Of a stretch of DNA of 64,000 nucleotides, positions 63,810 to 64,000 are shown in pieces. The stretch comes from a virus. Where the stretch lies: the IMG/VR virus record IMGVR_UViG_3300029996_000158, one strand, 5' to 3'. Each line of letters starts with the position of its first letter. The first letter of the stretch is position 1. The notes under the pieces were generated by a model. It was not told where the DNA came from, did no database searches, and worked only from the letters and a program-made list of their open reading frames with translations. Made by a program: the position numbers and the translations under genes.

Positions 63810-64000
63810 ATGACACTTGAAGATTTAAAATTATTAGTAGAAAAACATCATGAGAGTATTATCCATGATATTGAAGCTTTAATCCTTGAATATAATACTA
63901 GACCATTACCTAAAACTGGTTATAAATATAAAAGAAATATATATGATAGATTGAAAGATAAAGAATATTTATCTCCAAACAAATTACTAGACACCACTTT
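63810..64000 (+). CDS. Hypothetical protein, 3'-truncated by the window edge
   Basis: ATG 63810 opens MTLEDLKLLVEKHHESIIHDIEALILEYNTRPLPKTGYKYKRNIYDRLKDKEYLSPNKLLDTT... with no stop before the window ends. Confidence 0.5.
   Translation, partial: MTLEDLKLLVEKHHESIIHDIEALILEYNTRPLPKTGYKYKRNIYDRLKDKEYLSPNKLLDTT

Noticed and set aside
1-64000. Search for lysogeny functions (integrase, excisionase, CI-like repressor, att sites) and for rRNA, CRISPR or transposase genes.
   Set aside because: None was recognised. The window looks like a virulent phage genome segment, although the absence of divergent integrases cannot be proven by eye.

Overview
The window is a contiguous 64-kb stretch of a visibly AT-rich tailed dsDNA phage genome with a contractile tail. 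No integrase, tRNA, rRNA or CRISPR array was found. All homology calls were made by eye from motifs, gene order and size; no alignments or searches were run.

Layout:
- 1..13944: about 30 small plus-strand genes, mostly without recognisable function. They are punctuated by hairpin terminators and by promoters of the form TTTG-N20-TAnnTTTG. That is the Bacteroidota sigma-A consensus, so a low-GC Bacteroidota (Flavobacteriia-like) host is inferred. This block is interrupted by a 1.28-kb non-coding island (9550..10826).
- 14407..17649: a nine-gene minus-strand accessory cassette rich in tiny membrane proteins. It diverges from an orphan C5-cytosine methyltransferase-like gene (17741..18751).
- 18981..48431: the morphogenesis and lysis module. 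In order it holds the large terminase, portal, scaffold/protease candidate, capsid, PKD and BspA/DUF285 leucine-rich fibre-like genes, sheath, gp19-like tube, chaperone, tape measure, LysM protein, hub, spike, gp25/gpJ/gpI-like baseplate genes, a membrane protein and an amidase endolysin.
- 48498..49172: a lone minus-strand sigma-factor-like gene.
- 49288..64000: the replication and nucleotide-metabolism module. It holds a DnaB-like helicase, primase, SF2 helicase, dUTPase, an all-alpha NTP pyrophosphatase, three thymidylate-synthase-fold genes, a family A DNA polymerase, a GroES-like gene and a gp32-like SSB.

Most notable observations:
- The pyrimidine-metabolism cluster at 54852..58854 may point to non-canonical DNA bases.
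- The DNA polymerase is interrupted by a 330-aa HNH-type intein.
- The repeat-rich non-coding island at 9550..10826 has no assigned function.
- A CpG-rich horizontally acquired island carries a DUF285/BspA repeat protein.
- The antisense membrane-protein cassette has no recognisable function.
- A candidate -1 frameshift site lies in the tail chaperone gene.
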